64,000 bases of DNA from an uncultured Thermoanaerobaculia bacterium (GCA_964471955.1 CAYYIK010000007.1:2729-66728); one strand, 5' to 3'; counted from the first letter of the stretch, positions 6,561 to 15,996 are shown. Made by a program: numbers and translations. The notes: generated by a model from the sequence alone, not told the origin.

Positions 6561-7571
6561 ATGCTGAGAATGCCGGGGTTCCGGCTGCTGCGCCCCGAGA
6601 GTCTGGCGGAGGCGGCGGCCATGCTGGCGGGCGAGGGCGAGGGGGCGCGGCTGGTCGCCGGCGGGACCGACCTCTTCCCCAACCTCAAGCGCCGCCACCA
6701 GAAGGCGACGGCCGTCATCTCGCTCGCCCGCGCCGCGCGACGCGATCCGGCCCTCGCCGCGGTGTCGGTCGGGCCCGGTCCCGTCGGCGACTTGCGGCTC
6801 GGTCCGATGGCCCGCCTGTCGGCCATCGAGCGCGATCCGCGCGTGCGGGCCGGCTGGCCGGCGCTCGCCCGGGCGGTGGCGTCGATCTCCTCGCCGGTGC
6901 TGCGCAACATGGGGACGATCGGCGGCAACGTCTGCCTCGACACCCGCTGCACCTACTACAACCAGAACGAGGAGTGGCGGCGGTCGATCTCCTACTGCAT
7001 GAAGGCCGAGGGGAAGGTCTGCTGGGTCGCGCCCTCGTCGCCGCGCTGCTGGGCGGTGCAGAGCGCCGACTCGGTGCCGATGCTCATCGCGCTCGGTGCC
7101 CGCGTCCGTCTTCTCTCGGCCGCCGGCGAGCGCGAAGTGCCACTCGAGGCGCTCTACCGCGACGACGGGATGGACTACCTGACCCTGAGCCCCGGCGAGA
7201 TCGTCACCGGCATCGCGGTCCCCGCCGCATCCGCGGCCTCCCGGCTGCGCACCGCCTTCTTCAAGCTGCGCCGCCGCGGCTCGATCGACTTCGGCGTCCT
7301 GTCGGTCGCCGTCGCGCTGCGGCTCGAGGCGGATGTCGTCGCCGATGCGAAGATCGTCCTCGGCTCGATCGCGTCGTTCCCCTCCCCCGCCGCTGACGCC
7401 GCCGCCGAGCTCGTCGGCAAGCCGCTCACCGAGGAGACGATCCGCGCCGCCGCCGCGAAAACACGCACGGCCGCGACGCCGATGGACAACACCGACCTCG
7501 ACCCGCGCTGGCGCGGCCAGGTGACGCCGGTGTACGTCGAGCGCACCCTGCGCGAGGCGGCCGGTCTCTGA
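6561..7571 (+). CDS. Xanthine dehydrogenase family FAD-binding subunit with extra Cys-rich loop (HcrB-like)
   Basis: ATG at 6561 within the ORF-track frame 6384..7571; 336 aa. FAD motif LVAGGTDLFPNLK. A Cys-rich insertion C125-x4-C130-x15-C146-x7-C154-x8-C163 is absent from ordinary CoxM/XdhB-type subunits. Confidence 0.9.
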   Translation: MLRMPGFRLLRPESLAEAAAMLAGEGEGARLVAGGTDLFPNLKRRHQKATAVISLARAARRDPALAAVSVGPGPVGDLRLGPMARLSAIERDPRVRAGWPALARAVASISSPVLRNMGTIGGNVCLDTRCTYYNQNEEWRRSISYCMKAEGKVCWVAPSSPRCWAVQSADSVPMLIALGARVRLLSAAGEREVPLEALYRDDGMDYLTLSPGEIVTGIAVPAASAASRLRTAFFKLRRRGSIDFGVLSVAVALRLEADVVADAKIVLGSIASFPSPAADAAAELVGKPLTEETIRAAAAKTRTAATPMDNTDLDPRWRGQVTPVYVERTLREAAGL

Positions 7572-7573
7572 CC

Positions 7574-7590
7574 GGCCGCGCCGCGCGGCC
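7574..7590. terminator. GC palindrome in a 19-bp convergent gap (possible bidirectional terminator)
   Basis: GGCCGCGC-C-GCGCGGCC lies between the stop at 7571 (+) and the stop at 7591 (-). There is no U tract. Confidence 0.25.
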
Positions 7591-9219
7591 TCAATTCGCC
7601 GCCACCTCCGACCAGCGCAGCAGGTCGCCACGCTCGAAGCCGTCGCGGAAGAGACCCAGCGCGTAGAAGACGTTCACGGCGCCGGCGTTCTCGACCGCTC
7701 CGGCGTCCTCGTCCGGCGCGCCGACGGCGAGATCTTCGAACCCGTTGCCGTCGAAGTCGCCGGCGGCGAGGGCGGTGCCGAGCCGGTCCCCCGCCTCGGG
7801 AGTGCCGGGAGCCGTGCCGGCCTGGTTGAGCTCTACGTGGAACAGCGGCGCGCCCGCGGCCCGGCCGGTGAACGCGAAGGCGGAACCGGCGGCGTTCTGC
7901 CCGGCGACGTCGACGCCGTATCCGCCGACGACGAGGTCCGCCGTGGGGCCGGCATCGAATCTCCCGGCCGCCACCGCGGATCCGAAGTGATCGAAGCCGG
8001 CCGGCGAGCTTCCGGTGTCGGTTCGCTGGATCTTCCAGGCGAAGGTCGGCTCGAGGCCGCCGCCGGCGCCGCGCAGGACGTGGACCGATCCGGCGCTCGG
8101 CACGATGGCGGGCGCCTCGATGTCCTCGTAGAGCGAGCCCACCGCGAGGTCGTCCCGGCCGTCGCCGTTGAAATCCGCCGCCACCAGAGAGAAGCCGAAC
8201 CAGTCCTCGGCCTCCACCTCGGCCGGCACCGCCTGGCTCTGGGTGACGAAGCGCGCGCGGCTCGCACTCAGGCCGAGGCCGGTTCCGAAGATCACGGACA
8301 CGGCGCCGGCGTCCTCGAGGACGCCGATGTCCTCGCGCGGCGAAGCCACCGCCAGGTCGTCGTGCCCGTCGCCATCGAAGTCGCCCGCCGCGAGCCGCCA
8401 ACCGAAGCCGTCACCGGCCTCCTCGATCGACAGGTTGAGGTCCGCCTGGACCCAGATCTGGTCCGCCACCGGCGCGAAGTCGGGCGACAGGCCCGACGGC
8501 GACCCGTAGAGGACGTTGACGGCCCCCGAGTCGGCGACCGCACCGACGTCCTCGCCCGGTACGCCGATGGCAAGGTCGACGAAAGCGTCGCCGTTGAAGT
8601 TGCCCGCCGCCAGGGAGCGGCCGAATCCGTCCTCCGACTCGGCGACTCCCGCGACGCCCCCGGCGCCCTGGTGCCAGAGCTGGCTGCCGGCGGCGGTGAT
8701 CCCGGAGAGACCGCCGTGGAGCACCAGCACGGCGCCCCCGCTGTACGCCGTGCCGCCGGAACCGGGGACGTTGCGCCCGGGGATCCCCACCGCGAGGTCG
8801 TCGAAGCCGTCGTCGTCGAAGTCTCCGGCCACCAGCGCCGTGCCGGCCAGGTCCTCCCACTCGCTCGGACCGTGGGCGGTCCAGTCGATCGCCCACGTCT
8901 CCGACCCGCTCGGGTCGAGACCCGAGGCCAGCCCGTAGACGACCGTGACCTGCCCCCCCATCGAAGCCCCGGCCAGGACGGTCTCGCCCGGGGCCGCGAT
9001 CGCCAGGTCGTCGAAGCCGTCGCCGTTGAAGTCTCCGACCGCGAGCTCCCGCCCGAACAGATCGCCGGCCTCCGCGCCGTCCGGAACGCCACCCGCCCCC
9101 TGTTCCAGAATCTGTGCCCCGGCCAGCCCGAGCTGCGCGTGAATCGACGTGGAAAAGGCGAGCGCGCCCGCCAGCGAGAGGACGGCCGCCGGCCGCCCGA
9201 TCGATCGATCGAAACCCAT
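7591..9219 (-). CDS. Secreted FG-GAP/integrin-alpha-like repeat protein carrying the C-terminal GFExGD-W tag
   Basis: The start at ATG 9219 is preceded by AAGGGGGA (SD); the track ORF extends to 9315. Signal peptide MGFDRSIGRPAAVLSLAGALAFSTSIHAQ. There are at least 7 repeats of the type GDFNGDGFDDLAIAAPGE. The protein ends LFRDGFERGDLLRWSEVAAN. Confidence 0.88.
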   Translation of the reverse strand: MGFDRSIGRPAAVLSLAGALAFSTSIHAQLGLAGAQILEQGAGGVPDGAEAGDLFGRELAVGDFNGDGFDDLAIAAPGETVLAGASMGGQVTVVYGLASGLDPSGSETWAIDWTAHGPSEWEDLAGTALVAGDFDDDGFDDLAVGIPGRNVPGSGGTAYSGGAVLVLHGGLSGITAAGSQLWHQGAGGVAGVAESEDGFGRSLAAGNFNGDAFVDLAIGVPGEDVGAVADSGAVNVLYGSPSGLSPDFAPVADQIWVQADLNLSIEEAGDGFGWRLAAGDFDGDGHDDLAVASPREDIGVLEDAGAVSVIFGTGLGLSASRARFVTQSQAVPAEVEAEDWFGFSLVAADFNGDGRDDLAVGSLYEDIEAPAIVPSAGSVHVLRGAGGGLEPTFAWKIQRTDTGSSPAGFDHFGSAVAAGRFDAGPTADLVVGGYGVDVAGQNAAGSAFAFTGRAAGAPLFHVELNQAGTAPGTPEAGDRLGTALAAGDFDGNGFEDLAVGAPDEDAGAVENAGAVNVFYALGLFRDGFERGDLLRWSEVAAN

Positions 9220-9332
9220 GAGTTCCCCCTTTCGCCGCGACGGGTCGTGCCCGTCCCTCGCTTGCATCGCGAAAAGGGGAGAGACTGCGACAGTGCCATT
9301 CGGGGCGGCCTCCACGGCGCCGGACAGAGCGC

Positions 9333-9361
9333 GGGGCGACCCCGCGCCGCGGAGTCGCCCC
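9333..9361 (-). terminator. Hairpin downstream of the M16 peptidase gene (candidate terminator)
   Basis: GGGGCGAC (9333-9340) pairs with GTCGCCCC (9354-9361) around a 13-nt loop. It sits about 40 nt after the M16 stop on the minus strand and has no U tract. Confidence 0.3.
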
Positions 9362-9399
9362 GGGTGAGGCCGTCGACCGGCCGGCAGCCGCCGGCGAAC

Positions 9400-12159
9400 T
9401 CACTCGACGACGTTGCCCTCGTCGTCGAGCACGACGACCTCGCCGAGCTCACGCAGGCCGGCCTCGATCTTCGCCCGGTCGCCGACGACCAGGATCGCCG
9501 CGGCCTCCGGCTTCGCCCAGCGGTCAGCGGCGGCGCGCACCTGGTCGAGGGTGAGGGTCGCCAGCGCGTCGGCGGCCTCCTGCAGCTCACTCATCGGCAG
9601 CCCCTTGACCCACAGGTCGCCCACCTGCTGGGCGACGCGGCCGTACGCCTCGAACTGCTGCGCGTAGCCGCGCTGCTTGCGCTGACGCGCGCCCTCGAAC
9701 TCCTCGGGGCTGATCGGCCTCTCCCCGGCGAGACCGTCGAGCTCGCTGCGGAATTCGACGACCGACTCCTTCGTCTTGTCGGTCTGCACGCCGCCGCCGG
9801 CGTTCCAGAAGCCGCCGTGGCGGTACTGGCCGAGCTGCGAGAAGACGCCGTAGGAGTACCCCTTGTCTTCGCGCAGGTTGAGGTTGAGGCGGGTGCCGAA
9901 GCCGCCGCCGCCCCACACCGCGTCGGCGAGGTCGAGCGCATGGCGATCCTGCGTGCCGACCGGAGGCGCCGGCAGGAACTCGGCGACCACGGACTGCGCC
10001 GAGTCCTGGCGATCGACCAGGTAGATACGGCCGGCCGCCGCCGGCGCCGCCGGCGGGATGGCGATCTCGGGCGCGGCGCCGCCGCTCCAGCCGCCGAACT
10101 CGCGCTCCGCCAGGGCGAGCGCCTCGTCGAGCGAGACGTCGCCGACGAAGACGAGCGCCGAGCTTCCGGGACGCCAGCGCTCGGCGTGGAACGCGGCGAG
10201 GTCGTCGCGCGTGATGCCTTCGACGGTCGACGGAAGCCCCTGGGCCGGCCGGCCGTACGGGTGCCGGCGCCCGAAGGCGAGGATGCCGCGGACCCGGGCG
10301 GCGACGGCGTTGCCGTTTTTCGCCTGCTGGGCGAGCGCATCGAGGTGCCGCTGGCGCTCGCGGTCGAACTCGCTCTGCGGATAGACCGGGTTGCGGATCA
10401 CGTCGGCGACGATTCCGAGGGCCGCCGGCAGGTTGCGTTCGAGCACCTCGAAGGAGAGCGTGGAAGCCTCGCGCCCGGCGGCGCCGGTGAGCGACGTGCC
10501 GAGGTCGCCGAGCTCCTGCTCGATCTCGAGCGCCGTGCGGCTCGTCGTACCGAGGTCGATCATGGTCAGCGCCAGATGAGCGACCCCCTCCCTGCCGGCC
10601 GGGTCGGCGACGACGCCGGCGCGGGTGGTGAAGGTGACGGCGACCTTCGGCAGGTCGGCCCGCTCGACGACGAAGACCTCCAGTCCGTTGGCGAGGCGAC
10701 CCGCCGCGACGTCCGGCGCATCGAACGTCTTGTCCGCGCCGAGGTCGGGGATGATCGAGCGATCGATCGCCCCCGCCTCGGGCCGGCCCGACGTCTCGGG
10801 GTGGAAGCGCAGGGCGAGCCGGCGCGGCGTCGCGAGCCAGCGCGTCGCAGTCTCCCGGATGCTCTCGGGCGTCACCGCGGCGTAGCGCGAAAGATCCCAC
10901 TCGAAGCGGTCCGGATCACCGAGGAAGGTGTTGTACTGGTTGAGCAGGTCGGACTTGCCGCCGAAACCGCCGATCCGCTCGAGCCCCGAGACGAAGTTGA
11001 ACTCGTGCTTGACCCGGGCGCGCTCGAGTTCGGCGGCGGTCGGACCCTCCGCGGCGAGGCGGGCGATCTCGGCGACGATGCCCCCCTCGACCTCGGACAG
11101 CTCCACGCCGGGGCGCGCCGTGCCGATGACGACGAAGGCACCGGCAATCTCCTGCGAGATCTGGAAGGCGGAGACCGACGAGGCGAGCTGTCGGTCGTAA
11201 ACCAGGGCGCGCTGCAGGCGCGAGGAGAGCCCGTCGGCGAGGATTCCGGCGATCAGGTCGAGCTCGGCGTCGCCCGCCTCGTAGAACGGCGGGCTCGGCC
11301 AGGCCAGATAGACGCGCTCCTGCGGCACCCGGTCGGCGACCTCGATCACCTTCTCGCCGGGCAGCTCGGGGATCCAGCGCGCCGGCCGCGCCAGCGCCGG
11401 GCCGGGCGGAATCGGCCCGAAGTACTTCTCGACCAGGCGCTTCGCCTCGGCCGGGTCGAAGTCGCCGGCGATCACCAGCGAGAGGTTGTTGGGCGTGTAA
11501 TAGGTGCGGAAGAACTCCTTGACGTCGTCGAGCGTCGCCGCCGAAAGGTCGGCCATGCTGCCGATCACCGACCAGGAGTACGGGTGGCCGGCCGGGAAGA
11601 GATTCTCGGCGAGCAGCTCGAACCAGCGGCCGTAGGGCTGGTTCTCGAGCCCCTGCCGGCGCTCGTTCTTGACCACATCGCGCTGGTTGTCGAGCTTGGC
11701 GTCGTCGGTGACGTCGAGCAGGGTCGCCAGGCGGTCGGACTCGAGCCAGAGCAGGTTCTCGAGATTCGCCGAGGGGACGGTCGCGAAGTAGTTGGTGCGG
11801 TCAGTGTTCGTGGTGCCGTTGACGCCCCCCTCGAAGAGGTTGGCGCCGGCCCGCTCGACGTAGGCGAAGTACTCCTCCTTCGCGTTGGCCGAGCCCTGGA
11901 ACATCATGTGCTCGAAGAGATGGGCGAAACCGGTGCGGCCGGGCTTCTCGTTCTTCGAGCCGACGTGGAACCACTGGTTGACGTGGACCACCGGCAGCTT
12001 GCGGTCGACGTGCAGGATCACCTGCAGCCCGTTGGGCAGCGCGTACTTCTCGAACTCGATCTTCGGCACGTCGGGGGTCCCGGCAGCCGGGGCGGCCTGG
12101 ACGGCGGCCAGCGGCGCGAGACCGAGGCTCAGGGTGAGGGCGAATGCGGCGGTTCTCAA
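9400..12159 (-). CDS. M16 (pitrilysin/insulinase) family zinc peptidase, tandem double module, secreted
   Basis: 919 aa. Signal peptide MRTAAFALTLSLGLAPLAAVQA. The inverted zinc motif H-x-x-E-H appears in FAHLFEHMMFQGS. A second M16-like half follows. Confidence 0.9.
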   Translation of the reverse strand: MRTAAFALTLSLGLAPLAAVQAAPAAGTPDVPKIEFEKYALPNGLQVILHVDRKLPVVHVNQWFHVGSKNEKPGRTGFAHLFEHMMFQGSANAKEEYFAYVERAGANLFEGGVNGTTNTDRTNYFATVPSANLENLLWLESDRLATLLDVTDDAKLDNQRDVVKNERRQGLENQPYGRWFELLAENLFPAGHPYSWSVIGSMADLSAATLDDVKEFFRTYYTPNNLSLVIAGDFDPAEAKRLVEKYFGPIPPGPALARPARWIPELPGEKVIEVADRVPQERVYLAWPSPPFYEAGDAELDLIAGILADGLSSRLQRALVYDRQLASSVSAFQISQEIAGAFVVIGTARPGVELSEVEGGIVAEIARLAAEGPTAAELERARVKHEFNFVSGLERIGGFGGKSDLLNQYNTFLGDPDRFEWDLSRYAAVTPESIRETATRWLATPRRLALRFHPETSGRPEAGAIDRSIIPDLGADKTFDAPDVAAGRLANGLEVFVVERADLPKVAVTFTTRAGVVADPAGREGVAHLALTMIDLGTTSRTALEIEQELGDLGTSLTGAAGREASTLSFEVLERNLPAALGIVADVIRNPVYPQSEFDRERQRHLDALAQQAKNGNAVAARVRGILAFGRRHPYGRPAQGLPSTVEGITRDDLAAFHAERWRPGSSALVFVGDVSLDEALALAEREFGGWSGGAAPEIAIPPAAPAAAGRIYLVDRQDSAQSVVAEFLPAPPVGTQDRHALDLADAVWGGGGFGTRLNLNLREDKGYSYGVFSQLGQYRHGGFWNAGGGVQTDKTKESVVEFRSELDGLAGERPISPEEFEGARQRKQRGYAQQFEAYGRVAQQVGDLWVKGLPMSELQEAADALATLTLDQVRAAADRWAKPEAAAILVVGDRAKIEAGLRELGEVVVLDDEGNVVE

Positions 12160-12286
12160 GGCGGAGTCCTCCCGGGAAGTGGTCCAGCAGAATACGCGGA
12201 AAGGTCGCCCCGGGTTGCGTCGGGAGGGATCTCTCCGAGCACGGGCGCTGCGGATTCCCGCCGCCCGCTGCTATCCTCGTCCGGCC

Positions 12287-14353
12287 TTGCGTCCCCTTCG
12301 CCCCGCTCTCGCCCTGGCGTTGCTGCTCTTCGCCGCGCCGGTCTTCGCCGCGCTCCCGGAGCACGCCGAGCGGGTGGTCGACTACGACATCGAGGTGCGG
12401 CTCGATGCCGAGAAGCACGCGCTGACCGGCACGCAGCGACTGACCTGGCGCAACCCGTCGGACGATGCCGTCCCCGACCTCTGGTTCCATCTCTACCTGA
12501 ACGCCTTCCGCAACAGCGAGAGCACCTTCTTCCGCGAGTCCGGCGGCCAGCTGCGCAGCGATCGGACGGTGCAGGACAACTGGGGGTGGATCGACGTCAC
12601 CGCCCTGCGCCTGGCCAGCGGCGCGGACCTGCTGCCGGCGCTGACTTTCGAGGCACCGGACGACGGCAACCCCGAAGACCGCACGGTGGCGCGCGTCGTG
12701 CTCCCCGAGCCGGTCGCCCCGCGCGGCGAGATCACGCTCGAGATCGAGTTCCACGCCGTGCTGCCGCGCGTCTATGCGCGCACCGGTCACGCCGGCGACT
12801 TCCACATGATCGGCCAGTGGTTCCCCAAACTCGGCGTCTACGAGCCGGCCGGCATGCGCGGGCGCCAGACCGGCGGCTGGAATTGCCATCAATTCCATGC
12901 CCACTCCGAGTTCTACGCCGATTACGGCCGTTTCCGGGTCGCCATGACCGCGCCGGCCGACTTCGTCCACGGCGCCACGGGCCGCCGAATCGAGGTGCGC
13001 GACAATCCGGACGGCACGCGGACCTGGGTGCACGAGCAGGAAGACGTGCACGACTTCGCCTGGACCGTCGATCCGCGCTACGTCGAGGTGGTCGATCGCT
13101 TTGTCGCCGCCTCGGACGTGTCGGCCGCCGACCTCGCCGCAGCCGCCGCGCTGCTCGACCGGCCGGCCGAGGAGCTGCACCTCTCCGACGTCGAGATCCG
13201 CCTGCTGCTGCAGCCCGAGCACCGGGCGCAGGCCGATCGGCACCTGAGGGCGGCGAAGCTCGCCCTGCGCTGGTACGGGCTCGCCTACGGCCGCTACCCC
13301 TACCCGACCCTGACCATCGTCGACCCGCCGGCGCACGCCGGCGGCGCCGCCGGCATGGAGTACCCGACGCTGATCACCGCCGGGACCTCGATCGCGGTCG
13401 GGCGCGGGCCGTTCGCCCGCGTCCGGCTTCCCGAGATCGTCACCGTGCACGAGTTCGGCCACCAGTACTGGTACGGCCTGGTGGGCAGCAACGAGTTCGA
13501 GGAGTCCTGGCTCGACGAAGGGTTCACCACCTATTCGACCGAGCGCGCGCTGGCGGCCGGCTATGGCGAGGCGACCGCCAACGCCGAGCTGCCCGGCGGC
13601 CTGCGCATCGGCGCCTTCGACATGGCGCGCATGCAGAACGGCCCGGACCAGCGCTTCGACCGCATCCGCACGCCGTCCTGGGGCTTCTCGCGCTCGGGCG
13701 CCTACGGTTTCAACTCGTACGGCCGGCCGGCACTCGTCCTGCGCACCCTCGACGGCCTGCTCGGCGAGGCGACGATGGCGCGGGCCCTGCGCACCTACCA
13801 CGAGCGCTGGCGCTTCCGGCACCCGCGCTCGGAGGACTTCTATGCCGTGGTCGAGGAGGTCTCCGGGCGCGATCTCGACGACTTCTTCGCCCAGGTCGTC
13901 GAAGGCCCCGGCGTCTTCGATCCCGCGGTCGACCGGCTGCGGCACGAGATGGTCCGCACGCCGCGCGGCCGGATCGAACGCGGCGGCGTCGTGACGACGG
14001 TCGACGAGGCGATGGCGCGGCTCGAGGACGAGGCGGCGGAGCTCGACGTCCGCTCGATCGTCGAGCTGCGTCACCTCGGCGAGGTGCGCCTGCCGGTCGA
14101 GGTCGAGCTGCGCTACGACGACGACACCACCGAGCGGCGCACCTGGCAGGGTGAGGCGCGCTGGGTGCGCTGGGAAATCGTCGATCCGCGGCGGGTCGTC
14201 GAGGTCGTCCTCGATCCCGACCGCAAGCTGGCGCTCGACGCCAGCCGGCTCAACAACGCGCGACGCGAGGAGCCGGACCGTCGCGCCGCCGCACTCTGGT
14301 CGCTCCGCCTGCTGGCGTGGACACAGCGCCTGATGGGGATGGTCGGCCTGTGA
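12287..14353 (+). CDS. M1 family metallopeptidase (aminopeptidase N-like), secreted
   Basis: Motifs GMEYP (a GAMEN variant) and HEFGHQYWYGLVGSNEFEESWLDEG (HExxH-x18-E). The start is uncertain. TTG at 12287 gives a clean signal peptide (M)RPLRPALALALLLFAAPVFAA. In-frame GTG 12180 and TTG 12216 are alternatives. Confidence 0.82.
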   Translation: MRPLRPALALALLLFAAPVFAALPEHAERVVDYDIEVRLDAEKHALTGTQRLTWRNPSDDAVPDLWFHLYLNAFRNSESTFFRESGGQLRSDRTVQDNWGWIDVTALRLASGADLLPALTFEAPDDGNPEDRTVARVVLPEPVAPRGEITLEIEFHAVLPRVYARTGHAGDFHMIGQWFPKLGVYEPAGMRGRQTGGWNCHQFHAHSEFYADYGRFRVAMTAPADFVHGATGRRIEVRDNPDGTRTWVHEQEDVHDFAWTVDPRYVEVVDRFVAASDVSAADLAAAAALLDRPAEELHLSDVEIRLLLQPEHRAQADRHLRAAKLALRWYGLAYGRYPYPTLTIVDPPAHAGGAAGMEYPTLITAGTSIAVGRGPFARVRLPEIVTVHEFGHQYWYGLVGSNEFEESWLDEGFTTYSTERALAAGYGEATANAELPGGLRIGAFDMARMQNGPDQRFDRIRTPSWGFSRSGAYGFNSYGRPALVLRTLDGLLGEATMARALRTYHERWRFRHPRSEDFYAVVEEVSGRDLDDFFAQVVEGPGVFDPAVDRLRHEMVRTPRGRIERGGVVTTVDEAMARLEDEAAELDVRSIVELRHLGEVRLPVEVELRYDDDTTERRTWQGEARWVRWEIVDPRRVVEVVLDPDRKLALDASRLNNARREEPDRRAAALWSLRLLAWTQRLMGMVGL

Positions 14354-15237
14354 GGGCGCTCGCCCTGACCCGTCGCGGCCTGCGTCGGGCCGGCCGCGAG
14401 TGGCGCCTGGCGCTGCTGCTCTGGCTCACCCACTTCGTCGTGGCCGCGGTCGCTCTGGCGCCGGTGGCGGCGGCGCTCCTGGCGGCGCTCGGCGCAGCGC
14501 CCGAGGGGGACCTGCTGCTGGAGAGTCCGTCGCTCGCACTTCTCGTCGACCTGCTGCGCCAGGCTCCCGAGCTCGGCGCCCGCCTCGCACCGGCCCTTGT
14601 TGCCGCGACGGCGGTCGCCTGGGCCGGCGGCGCGCTGCTCGCCGGCGGGGTGCTCGAAGTACTGGTCACCGACGACCGGCGCCCGCTCCTCCACCGCTTC
14701 GGCCGCGGCGCCGGCAAGTTCGCCGGCCGCTTCCTGCGCCTCGGCCTCGTCGCCACGCTCGCCGCCCTCATCGCCGCGGCGCTGCTCGCCGGGCCGCTGT
14801 TCGCCCTGCGCGCCTCGCTCGAGTCGACCGGCCCGGAGGGGCTGCGCCTGGCCCTCGGCCCGGCCGGCCTGCTGGTCGCCCTCGCCGCGATGACGGCGGT
14901 GCAGATGGCGCTCGACCTGGCGCGTGTCCGGATCGCGCGCGACGACCGCCATGACACCCTGCGCGCGCTGCTCGGGAGCACCGCCACCCTGCTGCGCCAT
15001 CCGCTGCGGGTGTTCGACATCTGGGGCTGGAACGCGCTGGCGCGCGCCGCCGCCTTCCTGCTGGTCACCCTGGCCGCGCGCCCCTTCGGCGGCGGCTCGG
15101 TGCTCGCCCTCACCGCACTGCTGCTGGTGCAGCAGGCGGGCTTCTTCGTGCGCGCCGGCCTGCGCGTCGCCCTGTGGGAGAGCGAGGTCGCCCTGGCCGA
15201 GTCGCTCGACCGCGGCATCGCCCGGCCCCGCCCCTGA
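14350..15237 (+). CDS. Polytopic membrane protein, unknown function
   Basis: The GTG at 14350 overlaps the M1 stop (GTGA). 295 aa with several long hydrophobic segments (LALLLWLTHFVVAAVALAPVAAALLAAL and others). Confidence 0.65.
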   Translation: MRALALTRRGLRRAGREWRLALLLWLTHFVVAAVALAPVAAALLAALGAAPEGDLLLESPSLALLVDLLRQAPELGARLAPALVAATAVAWAGGALLAGGVLEVLVTDDRRPLLHRFGRGAGKFAGRFLRLGLVATLAALIAAALLAGPLFALRASLESTGPEGLRLALGPAGLLVALAAMTAVQMALDLARVRIARDDRHDTLRALLGSTATLLRHPLRVFDIWGWNALARAAAFLLVTLAARPFGGGSVLALTALLLVQQAGFFVRAGLRVALWESEVALAESLDRGIARPRP

Positions 15238-15246
15238 GCAGCTCCC

Positions 15247-15996
15247 TCAGGGAAGCGAGCCCGACCAGTGCGTGGTATCTCCGGTCTCGAAACCGTCGGC
15301 GAAGATGTCCGCCGTGCAGTAGAGAATCCGCACGTCGTCGAGATACCAGCCCATCCGGTTGACCACCGTGGTGGCGTGCAGCCTGAATTCGATGTCGATC
15401 GCAGGCATGCCGGCGAACGCGGAGAGATCCACCAGCTGCAGCTGCCAGTCGGGCGTCGGCGTGGCGTCCGGCACGAAGTACTGGCTCACCCCTTCGACGA
15501 AGACGTCGGCGCGATCGAAGGTCATGAAGACCTCGTACCAGTGGGCCCATTCGAGCGCGATCGGCGCCTGCAACGTGCTGAAGTCGAAGCTCTGCGACAG
15601 CGAGCTGTCCTGGCCGCTGTTCTGGTAGCAGCCGTCGAGATTCGTCCCCATGACGGCCGCGCCGTTGTACACCCCGGAGGGCTCGGGGCGCGGCGTGGTG
15701 TCGCACAGCTCGTAGACGCCCGTCGTCACCCCGCCGCGCTCCCAGTCGCCGAATCCGCTCTCGACCCAGCCCCCTTCGTCGACTTCGAAATCGGCGGCGT
15801 GGAACTCCGCGACACCCGTGCCCGGCGGGCAGACCATCCCCACCCCGTTCGCCAGGGCCGCCGGGGCGGCGGGTGACCGCCGGGCGCGCTGGTCGGCGAT
15901 CATCTCCTCGATCGGTGAGTCGGCGGCCAGAGGGAGCGGCAGCAATGCCGCCAGACAGAGGGGTGCGATCCACTTCGCGTTGCGAAAAGTGACCAT
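15247..15996 (-). CDS. Secreted hypothetical protein carrying the C-terminal GFExGD-W tag
   Basis: 249 aa. Signal peptide MVTFRNAKWIAPLCLAALLPLPLAA. The body looks like a jelly-roll fold (GWYLDDVRI). The protein ends IFADGFETGDTTHWSGSLP. Confidence 0.75.
   Translation of the reverse strand: MVTFRNAKWIAPLCLAALLPLPLAADSPIEEMIADQRARRSPAAPAALANGVGMVCPPGTGVAEFHAADFEVDEGGWVESGFGDWERGGVTTGVYELCDTTPRPEPSGVYNGAAVMGTNLDGCYQNSGQDSSLSQSFDFSTLQAPIALEWAHWYEVFMTFDRADVFVEGVSQYFVPDATPTPDWQLQLVDLSAFAGMPAIDIEFRLHATTVVNRMGWYLDDVRILYCTADIFADGFETGDTTHWSGSLP

Noticed and set aside
3876-7631. 1251-aa ORF on the minus strand, the longest in this part of the track
   Set aside because: It lies antisense to the well-supported large and FAD subunit genes. 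The translation is Arg/Gly/Asp/Ala-rich low complexity with no motif. This is the typical shadow ORF of a high-GC genome, where stop codons are rare in the antisense frame.
9220-9315. Longer N-terminal extensions offered by the ORF track (9315, 21804, 27734, 47843, 49427, 59468, 6384, 2044, 16890 and others)
   Set aside because: In each case an internal start gives a proper signal peptide or conserved family N-terminus. That start is preceded by an SD or by a start/stop overlap with the upstream gene. The extensions are Arg/Pro-rich and overlap neighbouring genes or intergenic hairpins.
7837-14154. 2105-aa ORF on the plus strand
   Set aside because: It is antisense to the FG-GAP and M16 genes and out of frame with the M1 gene. 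The composition is Arg/Gly/Pro-rich, with no signal peptide or catalytic motifs. It is a shadow ORF.
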